Source: a virus (taxonomy: Duplodnaviria; Caudoviricetes). Taken from it: a stretch of 59,131 nt of DNA. The stretch is taken from positions 1-59,131 of IMG/VR virus record IMGVR_UViG_3300044824_000068; one strand, 5' to 3'. Below the pieces are notes generated by a model that saw nothing but the letters and a program-made list of their open reading frames with translations, made no database searches and was not told where the DNA came from. A program made the translations under genes and the position numbers. This document shows positions 17,024-27,739 of this stretch, piece after piece. Positions within the stretch are counted from its first letter, which is position 1. Each line of letters starts with the position of its first letter.

Positions 17024-17524
17024 ATGAAAACATGTAGTAGTGAAAATTGTTCCCAAGTAAACCCACAACCATATTCTGCTTTTTATAAAACCGATGCTAA
17101 CATAGATGGCCATACAGGTCGCTGTATGGTTTGTATTAAATTACAACGTAATGGCAAGTATAAGAGAAATAAGAGTAAGTTTAAAAAAAGATCTGCCGAT
17201 TGGAAAAGTAAAAACGTTGATAAGGTGCAAGAAGGCAACTTACGTGATAAACATGGTGTATCTTATCAGTGGTATCAAGAGACATTAAATACTCAAAAAG
17301 AATGTTGTGCTATTTGTAAAAAGCATAAATCTCTTAACGTTAAAGATGCTAGAAATAATAAGGTAAGAAATCTTGCGGTAGATCACAACCATACAACTAA
17401 TCAGATTCGTGGATTACTTTGTTATGGTTGCAATTTAGCTCTTGGCATGTTAAAGGACAACATTGAGTCAGCACAGAATTTGGTAGAATATCTACGGTTT
17501 TATGAAGAAAAAGATAAAATATAA
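17024..17524 (+). CDS. Recombination endonuclease VII-like nuclease (putative homing)
   Basis: QKECCAIC...LAVDHNH...IRGLLCYGCNLALG; AT-rich. Confidence 0.85.
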   Translation: MKTCSSENCSQVNPQPYSAFYKTDANIDGHTGRCMVCIKLQRNGKYKRNKSKFKKRSADWKSKNVDKVQEGNLRDKHGVSYQWYQETLNTQKECCAICKKHKSLNVKDARNNKVRNLAVDHNHTTNQIRGLLCYGCNLALGMLKDNIESAQNLVEYLRFYEEKDKI

Positions 17525-18077
17525 TCAAGAGTCTGCAATCAGAGGGGCTTTGCGTAGAGCTTTTTCTCGTTCTCCGTTAGTTAGAGAGGTTTTAGAAGAA
17601 TCTCGCCAAGAGTTTCCTCGTTATAAGAAGGACGGAACTCGTCATAAGAAAAACTGGGTAAAAAGACAGTGCCAAGTCTGCAACCAATGGGTCTCTAGCA
17701 GCCATATTGCAGTTGACCACATTGATCCTGTCATATCTGTTGCACGTGGTAAAGAAGACTGGAATACCTTTGTGGACCGACTATGGTGCAATACCTTAGG
17801 AAAGGCTAATCTGCAGCGTATATGCGATACGTGTCACGACGCCAAGACACAGGGTGAAAGAATAGCTCGTCTTACTATCCAGTATACTCAAGAGTTAGAT
17901 CAAATTGAGAATGAGCTGAATTCTATGTTCAGTTCCTCTTGCATTCCTAGAGACGTGGCATCTGCCTCGTATAAAAAGTGGAAGAAGGAGTTGTCAAAAT
18001 ATATCGCCAAGAAGAAGACTAAAGGGCTGGAACAGATAGTACAAAGAGCTCAGAGATTAAAAGACAAACTGAAATAA
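17502..18077 (+). CDS. HNH-family nuclease
   Basis: CQVC...VDHIDPV...NLQRICDTCHDAKT. Confidence 0.75.
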   Translation: MKKKIKYNQESAIRGALRRAFSRSPLVREVLEESRQEFPRYKKDGTRHKKNWVKRQCQVCNQWVSSSHIAVDHIDPVISVARGKEDWNTFVDRLWCNTLGKANLQRICDTCHDAKTQGERIARLTIQYTQELDQIENELNSMFSSSCIPRDVASASYKKWKKELSKYIAKKKTKGLEQIVQRAQRLKDKLK

Positions 18078-18086
18078 GGAGTACGC

Positions 18087-18377
18087 ATGGCTGATGTAAA
18101 GAAGGTTCTTTCTAAGAGTTTCGTTGATAACCACGAGAATGTCACTGAGGACGTTGCAGCTGACCTTATTGTCAAGGCCGAGATAAAGGTTAAAGACATC
18201 AAGGAAGAGAGGGCCGCCGATGGTAAGTTGGAGCAGGCCAAGCAGATCGTGAAGGATCTAAATGGCGCCTACACGAGTGCCATCAAGTATGAGCAGGCCA
18301 AGATCGCCTTCCTTATCGAGAAGATCGAAGAGATCCAAAGTGGCGACGTTAACACCAGCTCAGGTGCTAACTCCTGA
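18087..18377 (+). CDS. Hypothetical coiled-coil protein
   Basis: 96 aa; AAGGAG SD. Confidence 0.7.
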   Translation: MADVKKVLSKSFVDNHENVTEDVAADLIVKAEIKVKDIKEERAADGKLEQAKQIVKDLNGAYTSAIKYEQAKIAFLIEKIEEIQSGDVNTSSGANS

Positions 18378-18411
18378 TAGAATAAGGTCTACTTAGTTTT
18401 AAGGAGACTTT

Positions 18412-19266
18412 ATGAGCTTACGTGATTCCTACTTCAACGGTCCTAATGGGATCCAGCAGCAGATGGATGCCGCTTTTGCCAACGGTATGGCCTATGTAGG
18501 CGTCGGTGGCAACGATACATCCACCCTATCCTTAGGGGATAGAAACGGTTCTAACTTAGGTGCAGGTAGTGGTCAACCAGGCTTATACTTCACTTATGCA
18601 ACTCCGTCTGCAAACTATGTAATGTGGTTTTTAGTTAACGGTGAGATTGCTCCAAGTGTAGCCGGTTCGTTGATTCAAGTTCCAATCTTAAGTGGTGACA
18701 ACGCAACAGCTGTTGCAGCCAAGATTGCTAACGCAATGAACGCAGCTGCAGGTGCACCTTTCTCTGCCATCTCTGCTGCTTCAGTAGTATCCATGACGGA
18801 TAGTGCCTCTGGCGTAGCAATCCTTCCTGTCTCTGCCGGAACATTGGGTGGAACTGCGTCGGTTGCCCAGGTAACTGCTGGTATCGCTCCGACAGGTGTT
18901 TACTCAACGTTGCAAGCTGGTCTTCAGCAAGCTGCTGCCGGCGGCAAGCAAGACTTTAGAGTGGTAACTATGGGAACTGGTAACATGAATACCGCCATCT
19001 TAAGATCCAGCAATGGTAACAACCTTGCGCTCAGATCTTTCTTTGCCGGGATTCATCAAGCTCTAGCTAATCAGGAGATTTATAATTATCAAGTTCGCTT
19101 GCAGTTGGACATCAGCACAAACTCTTCAACAAACGTAATTTTTAACTTTGGTTTTGCTCGTCGTTTCGCCCACGCTCCAGTAAACCTTGACTCATTAACT
19201 TGTCCTGCTAGTACCTGCGCATCCCCTTGGGATGGTTACGGTGGAGCCGGATCAGAAGCATTCTAA
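18412..19266 (+). CDS. Ala/Gly/Ser-rich protein, probably virion structural
   Basis: Strong SD; composition typical of structural proteins; followed by a terminator. Confidence 0.6.
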   Translation: MSLRDSYFNGPNGIQQQMDAAFANGMAYVGVGGNDTSTLSLGDRNGSNLGAGSGQPGLYFTYATPSANYVMWFLVNGEIAPSVAGSLIQVPILSGDNATAVAAKIANAMNAAAGAPFSAISAASVVSMTDSASGVAILPVSAGTLGGTASVAQVTAGIAPTGVYSTLQAGLQQAAAGGKQDFRVVTMGTGNMNTAILRSSNGNNLALRSFFAGIHQALANQEIYNYQVRLQLDISTNSSTNVIFNFGFARRFAHAPVNLDSLTCPASTCASPWDGYGGAGSEAF

Positions 19267-19286
19267 TCTCAAATCAAACTGATAAG

Positions 19287-19315
19287 AGGCCATGGTTTAC
19301 CCCATGGCCTTTTTT
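19287..19315 (+). terminator. Rho-independent terminator
   Basis: AGGCCATGG-tttacc-CCATGGCCT followed by a T run. Confidence 0.8.
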
Positions 19316-19332
19316 ATTTGTATAATCTGTGC

Positions 19333-22300
19333 ATGGCAAGATTCAAGGAACCAGCACAACTTCACAACCACAGCAAATATTCACTTCTAGATGCAGTACC
19401 TTCGCCCGAAGAGTGGGTTGCTTGGTGTCTGGAATCCGGTACTCCGGCTTTAGCGATCACGGATCATGGCACGGCCATTTCCATGTACGATGCTCTGAAG
19501 GCTAAAGATTTCATCAAGGCCTATAATACTAATAAGGTCGACGAACTCGTTCAAGAGTACACAGAAGCCAAAGGTCCTTCCAAACTCACATCTGAAGAGA
19601 CCAAGAAGTGGCAAAAAGAGAATAAGGTTGTCATTGATGCATTCGTCAATGCCAATTACACTCCACATCCTGTAGACGCAGTTACACTCATTCCAGCAGT
19701 TGAACTCTATGTCAAACTGAACGCTGAAGATAAAAGTCATTATCACATCACTGCATGGGCAGCAAGCACAGAGGGATATCACAACCTCATGAAGCTGTCA
19801 TCTATAGCCTACAACGATACCGTGTCGTTCTTTGGTTCTGTCAAGGCCCGCGTCACGTTTGATCAGATCAAGCAATATAAGAAAGGCATTAAATTTGGCA
19901 CAGGATGTATTGCAGGTCCGATTGGTAAAGCCTTCTGGGATAACGATAGAGCGCTTGCGGAAGAGCGATTCCTTATGTATCGCGAAATTTTTGGTGAAGA
20001 ACTATACATCGAGTTCCATTGTAACGATGTCACTCATAACTTTAATAAACAAACTGGAGGTTTTGACCCTATCCCAGGCGACGAATGCTCTTGTGATGGT
20101 AATAAACAAAAACACTATAACCTCTTTCTCAGGGACATGGTTGATAAATACGGGGGCAAGCCTATTCCCGTAACCGATGCTCATTTTATTGCACCGGAGG
20201 ACAAGGTAATCCAGGATTGTCTTCTTAAGAATGGTAATTCAAATGGCTGGTACTTTTATGAGTCGTATCATCAATTAAGAGCGGAGCAAATGTATGATAA
20301 ACTCAGAGCGCATCTTGGAGAGTGGCTTAGCGAGGGAAGATTTGAATCATGGATCGAGAACACTTTTGAGGTGGCGAATAGCGCAAAAAATATTAGTGTC
20401 TCTTTCGATTACCACCTGCCAAGAGTCGCTATCCCGGACCACATCCAGGAGAAAACTCCTGATTATGATAGACAAACTTATTTTTACATGATGGAGCTCA
20501 TTAAGGAGCACGGCCGTTGGAATAACGATCCAACCTATATCGCCCGCTTCAAGCAAGAAGTGGACGTCATCATGAAGAACGAGAAATTAAACTTCATACC
20601 TTACTTCCTCATCTATGAAGATATCGGTAGGTTTGCTAGGTCTCAAGGCATCCTTCAGAACATTGCACGTGGTTCTGCAGGTGGCTCTCTACTGAGCTAT
20701 TATCTCAAGATTATCCATGTTGACCCTATCAAGGCCAACCTACCGTTCGAACGGTTCCTGTCCCATGCTCGTATCAGAGCTGGATCGTTCCCCGACATCG
20801 ATGCCGACATCGGTGACCGCGCGCGGTCACTCATCATGGATTATCTCCGTAAGAAGTATGGCGCTGGGTTTGCCCAGATCTCTACGTTCCAGAAGATGAA
20901 AACGAAGAACGCCATCAAGGATGCGATGTTTGCGGTTTATGGCAGAAATCGTAACGACGTAGAGGTTAAGTTCATCTGCGATTCTATCCCAGACTCTCCA
21001 CAGGGCACGGACGAGTATGACTTCTTGTATGGTGGAACTGACCAGGAAGGCAACTACAATGCTGGACAGGTAGAGATCAATAAGAATTTGGCCAACTTCT
21101 TCGCTACGTATCCTGACGTCGAGAAGATGGTGAAGAAGCTCATCGGTACGATCCGCGGCTGGTCTCGTCACGCTTCTGCTTTCGTCATATCCACGTTGGA
21201 TCTCTCTGCAGAGCGCGTTCCCACGATGGTGATGAAGGACAAGGAACTAGGTGATATTGTCTGTACGCAGTACGATGCTAGCATGGTTGAGAAATGTAAC
21301 CTGGTCAAGGCTGATATCTTAGGTATCAAGACTCTCACGGCGGTATCTGACTGTGTGGCTCTCGTACAAGACAAGATAGATTATCTGCAGGAAGAGCAGG
21401 GTGTACCGCTCATCTATAGGTTGCCTGAATCCGAAGCAGTGTACGCTGACTTCTACAACAAAGATACAGATTCGTCATTCCAGTTTAACACCGAGTTGAT
21501 TAAGGGCTATATCCAGGAGTTCTGCCCTACTAAGCGTGCAGATCTTATGGCCATGACGGCGCTATGTCGTCCTGGCGCATTAGATGCCCCTCTTTACGAT
21601 ACTACTGCCGCTCAGTATTACATGGACGTGCGCAATGGGAAGCGCGACATAGAATATCTGCACCAAGACTTACAGCCCATAATCGAGTTTAGCAACGGCG
21701 TCTTTGTCTACCAAGAAGAAGTCATGCGATTCCTGGTAGAGGTTGCTGGCTACTCTTGGGAGCAATCAGACCTTATCCGTGGCGCTATTGCCAAGAAGAA
21801 GGGTGACGTCATCATGAACACCTTCGACAGGATCCGCGCTTCTTGCAGGTCCAGAGGATGGAATGATGATGCCATAGAAACAGTGTGTCAGCAGATTCAA
21901 GCCTTCTCAAGGTACTCATTTAACAAGTCGCACTCGTATGCGTATGCAGAATTGGGATATATCACAATGTATCTCAAGCATCACCACCCGTTCGAGTGGT
22001 GGGCAAGCGTTCTCAACGTCTATATTGACGATGAGACGAAGGTTCGCCAGTACATGTCTAAACTGGGTCCCATCGTAAGACCGCCGTCGTTAAAGTACCC
22101 AACGAACAAGTTTGAGGTAAGAGAGATCGACGGGGAGAGATGCATTGTTACCCCGCTCTCTGCTATCAAAGGTGTTGGTCCCGCTGTCGTTAGGGAACTC
22201 TGCGCAAAGGGACCCTTCCCAACACTAGAAGACTTCGTAAAGAGAATCGACCACGCAAAGGTCAACTCAGGAGGCATCTCCTATCTCCTTAAGGGAAGAG

Positions 22301-22887
22301 CTGCCGACGACATGATGGACATGTCTATCCCAGATTACGGTCAGCGTAGAGAAGCGTTCATAGAGACGTATAAGAAGTTAAGAGGTAAGGAGATCAAGCT
22401 TCAACCAGAAGTGTTCCAATTTGACCCATTATCTATCTTCCTTATGGAGAAAGAATATAACCAAGCGTTCAATAAGAATCTTCTCTCTGATAAAGCTATC
22501 GTTAATATCATCAAGGGCAGATGGCCAGCTCTTATAGAGACAGGTCGACCCGGTATCCCTCTGCTTATGGGAAACACACCGGTCTTATCGACAATCAAGG
22601 TTGCTGAAGGTTTAGTTAAGCAGGAATGCGATAAAGAGGTGGGAATGATTCTTCTATATGAGTCGTCTTCGTTCTCTAAGGGCGTCTCAAAGAAGACCGG
22701 CAAACCTTGGTCTAAGGTCGCTGTCTTCTTGTCTGACGGCTTTACCACTCTAGAATGCACATACTGGGATAAAAAGTCAGCACTCGGTTGGGCTAAGAAC
22801 AGTATCGTATATGTGCGTGGTAAGCTGAAACCAGGCTGGAAAACTCCAGTGAGCTTACAAATAAGTGAGATCGAAAGGATCGAGTAA
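19333..22887 (+). CDS. dnaE: DNA polymerase III alpha subunit
   Basis: PHP motifs LHNHSKYSLLD and AITDHG; RGSAGGSL, PDIDAD, YSFNKSHS; C-terminal OB fold. Start placed at the ATG 6 nt after TATAAT. Confidence 0.95.
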   Translation: MARFKEPAQLHNHSKYSLLDAVPSPEEWVAWCLESGTPALAITDHGTAISMYDALKAKDFIKAYNTNKVDELVQEYTEAKGPSKLTSEETKKWQKENKVVIDAFVNANYTPHPVDAVTLIPAVELYVKLNAEDKSHYHITAWAASTEGYHNLMKLSSIAYNDTVSFFGSVKARVTFDQIKQYKKGIKFGTGCIAGPIGKAFWDNDRALAEERFLMYREIFGEELYIEFHCNDVTHNFNKQTGGFDPIPGDECSCDGNKQKHYNLFLRDMVDKYGGKPIPVTDAHFIAPEDKVIQDCLLKNGNSNGWYFYESYHQLRAEQMYDKLRAHLGEWLSEGRFESWIENTFEVANSAKNISVSFDYHLPRVAIPDHIQEKTPDYDRQTYFYMMELIKEHGRWNNDPTYIARFKQEVDVIMKNEKLNFIPYFLIYEDIGRFARSQGILQNIARGSAGGSLLSYYLKIIHVDPIKANLPFERFLSHARIRAGSFPDIDADIGDRARSLIMDYLRKKYGAGFAQISTFQKMKTKNAIKDAMFAVYGRNRNDVEVKFICDSIPDSPQGTDEYDFLYGGTDQEGNYNAGQVEINKNLANFFATYPDVEKMVKKLIGTIRGWSRHASAFVISTLDLSAERVPTMVMKDKELGDIVCTQYDASMVEKCNLVKADILGIKTLTAVSDCVALVQDKIDYLQEEQGVPLIYRLPESEAVYADFYNKDTDSSFQFNTELIKGYIQEFCPTKRADLMAMTALCRPGALDAPLYDTTAAQYYMDVRNGKRDIEYLHQDLQPIIEFSNGVFVYQEEVMRFLVEVAGYSWEQSDLIRGAIAKKKGDVIMNTFDRIRASCRSRGWNDDAIETVCQQIQAFSRYSFNKSHSYAYAELGYITMYLKHHHPFEWWASVLNVYIDDETKVRQYMSKLGPIVRPPSLKYPTNKFEVREIDGERCIVTPLSAIKGVGPAVVRELCAKGPFPTLEDFVKRIDHAKVNSGGISYLLKGRAADDMMDMSIPDYGQRREAFIETYKKLRGKEIKLQPEVFQFDPLSIFLMEKEYNQAFNKNLLSDKAIVNIIKGRWPALIETGRPGIPLLMGNTPVLSTIKVAEGLVKQECDKEVGMILLYESSSFSKGVSKKTGKPWSKVAVFLSDGFTTLECTYWDKKSALGWAKNSIVYVRGKLKPGWKTPVSLQISEIERIE

Positions 22888-22930
22888 CCAAGGAAATTGA
22901 TTACAAGTATTATAGCAACAGGAGAATACA

Positions 22931-23440
22931 ATGGCAAAATTCGTAGTAGTTAAACAAGCACCGGCAACCCTAGAGAAGGGCGAGATCGTTATCGGTCAGC
23001 CAGACTTCATGGAGCAAATCGTTGCCAACCAGAAGAAGGCACCAAGGCACCAGCAAACCGCTCTTAACCATATGAGAGAAGTATTGAGCTCCATTGGTCA
23101 AAAGTACGATCCTGACATGAACGTGTTCAAGATCAGGCTCGTTAATTATGAGGGTTTGGCATTCAAGTCTAACGAGGATATCTCTGCTATTATAGTGAGA
23201 CTTCTCAAGAATGAGTATCCTGCAATATTTGACCGATACCTAGACCATCAACTCAAGAATAGACCCATCAACACTAAGTTGATCTATTATGTGGGTGATT
23301 TCACTACAACTGGACCCTTCTACAAGGCCGGTCTCGATCTTCTCGAAGAGAAAGATATAGAGTCCTACATGACTGGAAAGCCTAAGAAGACAGTTGGCAA
23401 ACCGGCGGTAACAGATGAAGAAGCCAATTCAAGAAACTAA
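22931..23440 (+). CDS. Hypothetical protein
   Basis: 169 aa; AGGAG SD. Confidence 0.7.
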   Translation: MAKFVVVKQAPATLEKGEIVIGQPDFMEQIVANQKKAPRHQQTALNHMREVLSSIGQKYDPDMNVFKIRLVNYEGLAFKSNEDISAIIVRLLKNEYPAIFDRYLDHQLKNRPINTKLIYYVGDFTTTGPFYKAGLDLLEEKDIESYMTGKPKKTVGKPAVTDEEANSRN

Positions 23441-23564
23441 TAGTGAAAACTGTATTGAATGCGATTATCCGACTGCTGAAGAGTGCATTCATTGCAGTGA
23501 TGCTGTTTGCAATGACTGCATAGACATGCACAACGAATACGAACTTCACCCGCCGGAAGAATAA
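23415..23564 (+). CDS. Small Cys-rich zinc-finger protein (49 aa; not in ORF track)
   Basis: MKKPIQETNSENCIECDYPTAEECIHCSDAVCNDCIDMHNEYELHPPEE: three CxxC pairs plus His. Confidence 0.55.
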   Translation: MKKPIQETNSENCIECDYPTAEECIHCSDAVCNDCIDMHNEYELHPPEE

Positions 23565-23644
23565 AATTTTTCACGATTGTCGTGGAAATGTGGTATAATG
23601 GATGTACGCCAATATTGGCCTTTAATGTAACCTATGGAGAAAAT

Positions 23645-24733
23645 ATGACTAATTCTAAAATCAAACTCAATCTCGATTCCCTTAAATCCCGCAAAGAATG
23701 GAAAAGACACAAAGTGAAAGACGGACACAACGTCTATCGCGTTCTTCCCCCATTCGGTCAAAGCTCAAACGGCTACCCTTATCGCAAGTATCAGATCATC
23801 TGGGGTCTTACCGACCCCGAGAGTGGTCGTGCTCGTCCTTTCGCTTCCTCAATGGTCGCTGAAAAGCGTTGCCCTGTTACTGAGTTCGTGTATCAACTCA
23901 AGTCCCGTGCGGAAACGATGTCTGCAGAGTTGAAGGCAGCAGGAACCAGTGCAGAAGAGATCAAAACCCGCCTTAAGGATCTACAGGATCTTATTGGCAA
24001 TCTCATCCCAAAAACTGTCTATATCTATAACGCTGCCGATAAGGCTGGCGAAGTAGGTCTTCTTGAGCTGAAATCTACCGCTCACAAGGAGATGAAGTCC
24101 AGGATGAATGAATACATCAACGACTATAACCAGGATCCTACATCGCTCAGTAGCGCTGACGACGATTCCGGTGTATGGTTCGATGTTATTCGCTCTAACG
24201 AAACTGGCCAGTTTCGCGATACCAAGTATGAAGTTAAGAAGGTTCAGTCGAAGGTGAGAGAAGCCTCTGGTAAGGTCTCTTTCGTCGATGATCGTTCTCC
24301 TCTTCCAGATTCAGTGGTTGAGAACTACGATAACTTGGGATACGATCTCTCAGCTATCTACCAGACCAAGTCATACGAAGATCTTCAGCAAGTTCTTGAT
24401 GCTAACCTTCCAGGTATCATCGAAATCTGTCCTGACGCTGACCTCAGCGTTGAGCCATCTCTTCTTCCATTGACTCATGCTCTTGAGAAGGCAGCTGCAC
24501 CAAAGGCCTCAGCGCAAGCTGCTAAGCCTGCCGGTGCTTCTCGTGTTGTTCTTAAGCTAAATGACGGAGATGACGATGACCAAAATACCCAAAGTGGACC
24601 CGCACATACTGCGGCACATGCTGGCGCAGCAGCAAGAACGGGCAACGGCAAATCTCTGGCTGCTGTTAATCAAGCTGCAAGTGCATCGACCGATGACTTC
24701 ATGGCCCAAGCGGATGCCATCCTAAACTCATAA
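23645..24733 (+). CDS. Single-stranded DNA-binding protein (gp32-like)
   Basis: NVYRVLPP, CP, DTKYEV and an acidic flexible tail; upstream of the recombinase. Confidence 0.75.
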   Translation: MTNSKIKLNLDSLKSRKEWKRHKVKDGHNVYRVLPPFGQSSNGYPYRKYQIIWGLTDPESGRARPFASSMVAEKRCPVTEFVYQLKSRAETMSAELKAAGTSAEEIKTRLKDLQDLIGNLIPKTVYIYNAADKAGEVGLLELKSTAHKEMKSRMNEYINDYNQDPTSLSSADDDSGVWFDVIRSNETGQFRDTKYEVKKVQSKVREASGKVSFVDDRSPLPDSVVENYDNLGYDLSAIYQTKSYEDLQQVLDANLPGIIEICPDADLSVEPSLLPLTHALEKAAAPKASAQAAKPAGASRVVLKLNDGDDDDQNTQSGPAHTAAHAGAAARTGNGKSLAAVNQAASASTDDFMAQADAILNS

Positions 24734-24742
24734 GGTAACAAA

Positions 24743-25189
24743 ATGAGCGACCTACCTGAAAAGGTAGATATCACTCGTCTTGCAATGTACATCAACAAGA
24801 TCGAGGAGTTGTCATCCATAAACAAGATGATGGCTCCTCGATATCTTCAAGATTTCATCATTGGTCAAGACGTAGCTGCTAATCTACTTGCACAAGCGAT
24901 TCAAAGAGACTCTAAGGCTAAGGCGAGACTTGACTATGTCGAGTCGATTGCCTATCTGGAAAAGGCTAAGGAGTATCTTGAACAGCACGGTATAAAAGAC
25001 ACCAGTGAGGCACGAAAACAATACGTTAATGTTAATCAGGACGTTAGGGATGCTAAAGACGTTAGAGCTAGTACGGAAGCTTTAGTTGTCTTCATCAAGG
25101 CTAGGCTGGGTGAACTTAGACAAGCCCACGACGATCTCAAGAAGATCGTTTATGGCGATCAGAATTTAACTTCGTACGAGGGAATGTAA
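24743..25189 (+). CDS. Putative recombination mediator (UvsY-like)
   Basis: Helical 148-aa protein between SSB and RecA; assignment rests mainly on context. Confidence 0.45.
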   Translation: MSDLPEKVDITRLAMYINKIEELSSINKMMAPRYLQDFIIGQDVAANLLAQAIQRDSKAKARLDYVESIAYLEKAKEYLEQHGIKDTSEARKQYVNVNQDVRDAKDVRASTEALVVFIKARLGELRQAHDDLKKIVYGDQNLTSYEGM

Positions 25190-25190
25190 T

Positions 25191-26300
25191 ATGAGTAAAT
25201 GGCTTAGTAAGATGACAAGTGATTTCGGGGTTCTTGCCTCACAGTTGGGTAACAAGGAACTTCCTCCTGTGCCAAGTCGATCGCCGTCCTTGAATTGGGC
25301 GACGTCCATCAATGGCTTTAAACCCGGAAAGATTTCTGTTTTATATGGTCCTGAGCAAAGCGGTAAGAGCTTGCTTGCCATGATGGCAGTGGCAGATGTT
25401 CAGAAGGTAGATCCAGAAGCCATCTTCGTATGGTTTGATGCCGAATATTCCTTTAACTTGCCCCTCTTCATCAAGATTGGTGGAGATGCTAACAGGCTTA
25501 TCGTGCGCAAGAGTAATGATCCGCTCAAGATATTTGACTATATCGGTGGCGAGATGCTTGAAAATCTTCAAGAGGGCGCTCCGATCCGTGGCATCGTTAT
25601 AGACTCGATCAAGTCTATCCGATATCCAAAGGAAGCTAACATGAAGCAAACCACTGACCAAAAGATGGGTGGCACTGGAGCCAGCTATCTTCCAACGGCC
25701 CTTAAGTTGATTCTTCCTGTCATTGCTGATTACAATCTGCTCACCTTCTTCGTTCAGCAGGTCACTATGGAAATCGACGCTATGAAAGCGTTGAGAAACC
25801 CATTCGTTATCACTGAAGGCAAGGCGCTGAAGCATGCCGCAGATCTGATGCTTGAGATCGTCAAACTCGATACTAAAAACGGCGTTATTGAGTCTGGTGA
25901 GACAATTACCGGCGCCGCACAGCAGACCGGACATAAGGTTCGCATCAAGGTGAAGAAGAACCGCCTAGGTATTCCTGCTCGTATGGCTCAGTTTAGTTAT
26001 CACTACGACCACGGTATCATCGATACTGGCGGGGAGATCTTCGAACTAGCTAAGTCTCTTGGAGTTGTATTCCATCCTATAAGCACCGTCACTGGTAAAG
26101 AAAACACGATGATGTGGCAGTTTGGTAATTACGATCCTATCAGGGGCGAGGAGAATATGAAGCAGTTCGTCATCAACTCGAAGAACGTCCAAGATGAGAT
26201 AATGCAGGCTTGTTACAATTACAAGGATAATGAAGTTCAACTAGATGCTGCTGGTGTAGTTATGGACGTAGAAGGCATAGTTGATCTAGATTTGGACTAA
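25191..26300 (+). CDS. recA: RecA/UvsX recombinase
   Basis: YGPEQSGKS, FDAE, IVIDSI, GKALKH, VKKNR. Confidence 0.9.
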   Translation: MSKWLSKMTSDFGVLASQLGNKELPPVPSRSPSLNWATSINGFKPGKISVLYGPEQSGKSLLAMMAVADVQKVDPEAIFVWFDAEYSFNLPLFIKIGGDANRLIVRKSNDPLKIFDYIGGEMLENLQEGAPIRGIVIDSIKSIRYPKEANMKQTTDQKMGGTGASYLPTALKLILPVIADYNLLTFFVQQVTMEIDAMKALRNPFVITEGKALKHAADLMLEIVKLDTKNGVIESGETITGAAQQTGHKVRIKVKKNRLGIPARMAQFSYHYDHGIIDTGGEIFELAKSLGVVFHPISTVTGKENTMMWQFGNYDPIRGEENMKQFVINSKNVQDEIMQACYNYKDNEVQLDAAGVVMDVEGIVDLDLD

Positions 26301-26301
26301 T

Positions 26302-26913
26302 ATGATCTACTTTACCTCCGACAATCACTTCTGGCATGCTAACGTAATCAAATATTGCGCTAGACCATTCGCTTCTGTCGAAGAGATGAACGAAGCAATG
26401 ATAAGGAACTGGAATGATGTTGTTAAACCAGAAGATACAGTTTACTGCCTTGGGGACTTCAGCTTGGCTGCTAGACCAGTCGAATCCTATACTTTACGCC
26501 TTAACGGTACTAAATATCTGGTCCCTGGAAACCACGACTTCTGCCACTCGTATCATAAGAAGTCAAGAAACAAAGAGAACAGGGAAAAGTGGATCCAGCA
26601 GTACGAAGCCTGGGGATGGAAAGTTCTCCCAGAGCAGACGACGCTAGAGATTCCAGGTGTGGCCACAGTTAACATGTGCCATCATCCTTATGTCCTTATA
26701 GGGCCTGGTGACGACAAGTACGAACGCTGGAGACCTAAAGACGACGGCAGATGGCTCCTATGCGGCCACGTCCACGAGAAGTGGAAGGTGGTAGGTAGAA
26801 TGATTAACATCGGCGTTGACCAGTGGGATTTCAAACCAGTACCTATCACGGAGATAGCAAAGATAATATGCCAGAACACAGCGGATGGTGTCCAGACCAC
26901 GCAATCTGTATAG
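26302..26913 (+). CDS. Calcineurin-like metallophosphoesterase
   Basis: FTSDNHF, LGDF, GNHD, CHHP, GHVH. Confidence 0.9.
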   Translation: MIYFTSDNHFWHANVIKYCARPFASVEEMNEAMIRNWNDVVKPEDTVYCLGDFSLAARPVESYTLRLNGTKYLVPGNHDFCHSYHKKSRNKENREKWIQQYEAWGWKVLPEQTTLEIPGVATVNMCHHPYVLIGPGDDKYERWRPKDDGRWLLCGHVHEKWKVVGRMINIGVDQWDFKPVPITEIAKIICQNTADGVQTTQSV

Positions 26914-27230
26914 AATGGATTGATCGTAGGGCAAATGAACTAGTAGAGAATTTTCAAGAAGTAGATACAGTCTACATGAGTCTTGATATCTATGCTCAGT
27001 TTGTGAAAACCATATCTGGCAATCTTAGGGGATGTTCTCCAGATCAGGGTGGTTTTCAAACTTTACAAATCGTTTTGGCTGCAGTAACTCTAGTTGTTAA
27101 GCCAGTTCCAATGTTAGACAATTTTTGTTTTGTTGGCGCAGTGAGATCCCAAACATATGATTCACTCGTAAGGGCTAAAGTGGATCAAGCATTTGAAGAT
27201 ATAGTTTTAAAGGATTGTGAGCGCGAATGA
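26868..27230 (+). CDS. Hypothetical protein
   Basis: ORF coupled to its neighbours. Confidence 0.55.
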   Translation: MPEHSGWCPDHAICIEWIDRRANELVENFQEVDTVYMSLDIYAQFVKTISGNLRGCSPDQGGFQTLQIVLAAVTLVVKPVPMLDNFCFVGAVRSQTYDSLVRAKVDQAFEDIVLKDCERE

Positions 27231-27739
27231 AAAAGAGATGTAAGGTTTGTGGAAAAAACAGACTAATTAAGTTCTTTCATAGTCATTCTAGTTGTGCTAA
27301 AGGTGTTAGAGCAGAGTGTAAGACTTGTCATAATAAGGTATCTAAGGTCAGACACAAAAAATATATAAAAGAGAATCCAGATAAACGTCGCTCTACTGTA
27401 CTTAAAAATAAGTATGGGGTTACTTTTGAACAATACAGGGCAATGCTGGGTGCTCAGGGGAACGCTTGCAAGATATGCGGATCTTTTAGTCCTGGGGCTT
27501 CTAAGGATCATTTTAGTATAGATCACGATCATAAGACAGGTAAGATTAGGGGCATTCTTTGTCATGGCTGTAATGCCGGACTTGGAATGTTTAAAGAAGA
27601 CACTCAATCACTTAAACAAGCAATTTGTTATTTGGATAGTCATGTGGCTGTCAGCACGTCATTAGATAAATGTGATCATGAATGGCAAAGTGCAACTGGA
27701 GTTGGTCGTTGGTGTAATAAATGTGGTAAGGGAGTTTAG
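27227..27739 (+). CDS. Endonuclease VII-like nuclease (putative homing)
   Basis: CKIC...IDHDHKTGKIRGILCHGCNAGLG; AT-rich; ends in TAG. Confidence 0.85.
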   Translation: MKKRCKVCGKNRLIKFFHSHSSCAKGVRAECKTCHNKVSKVRHKKYIKENPDKRRSTVLKNKYGVTFEQYRAMLGAQGNACKICGSFSPGASKDHFSIDHDHKTGKIRGILCHGCNAGLGMFKEDTQSLKQAICYLDSHVAVSTSLDKCDHEWQSATGVGRWCNKCGKGV

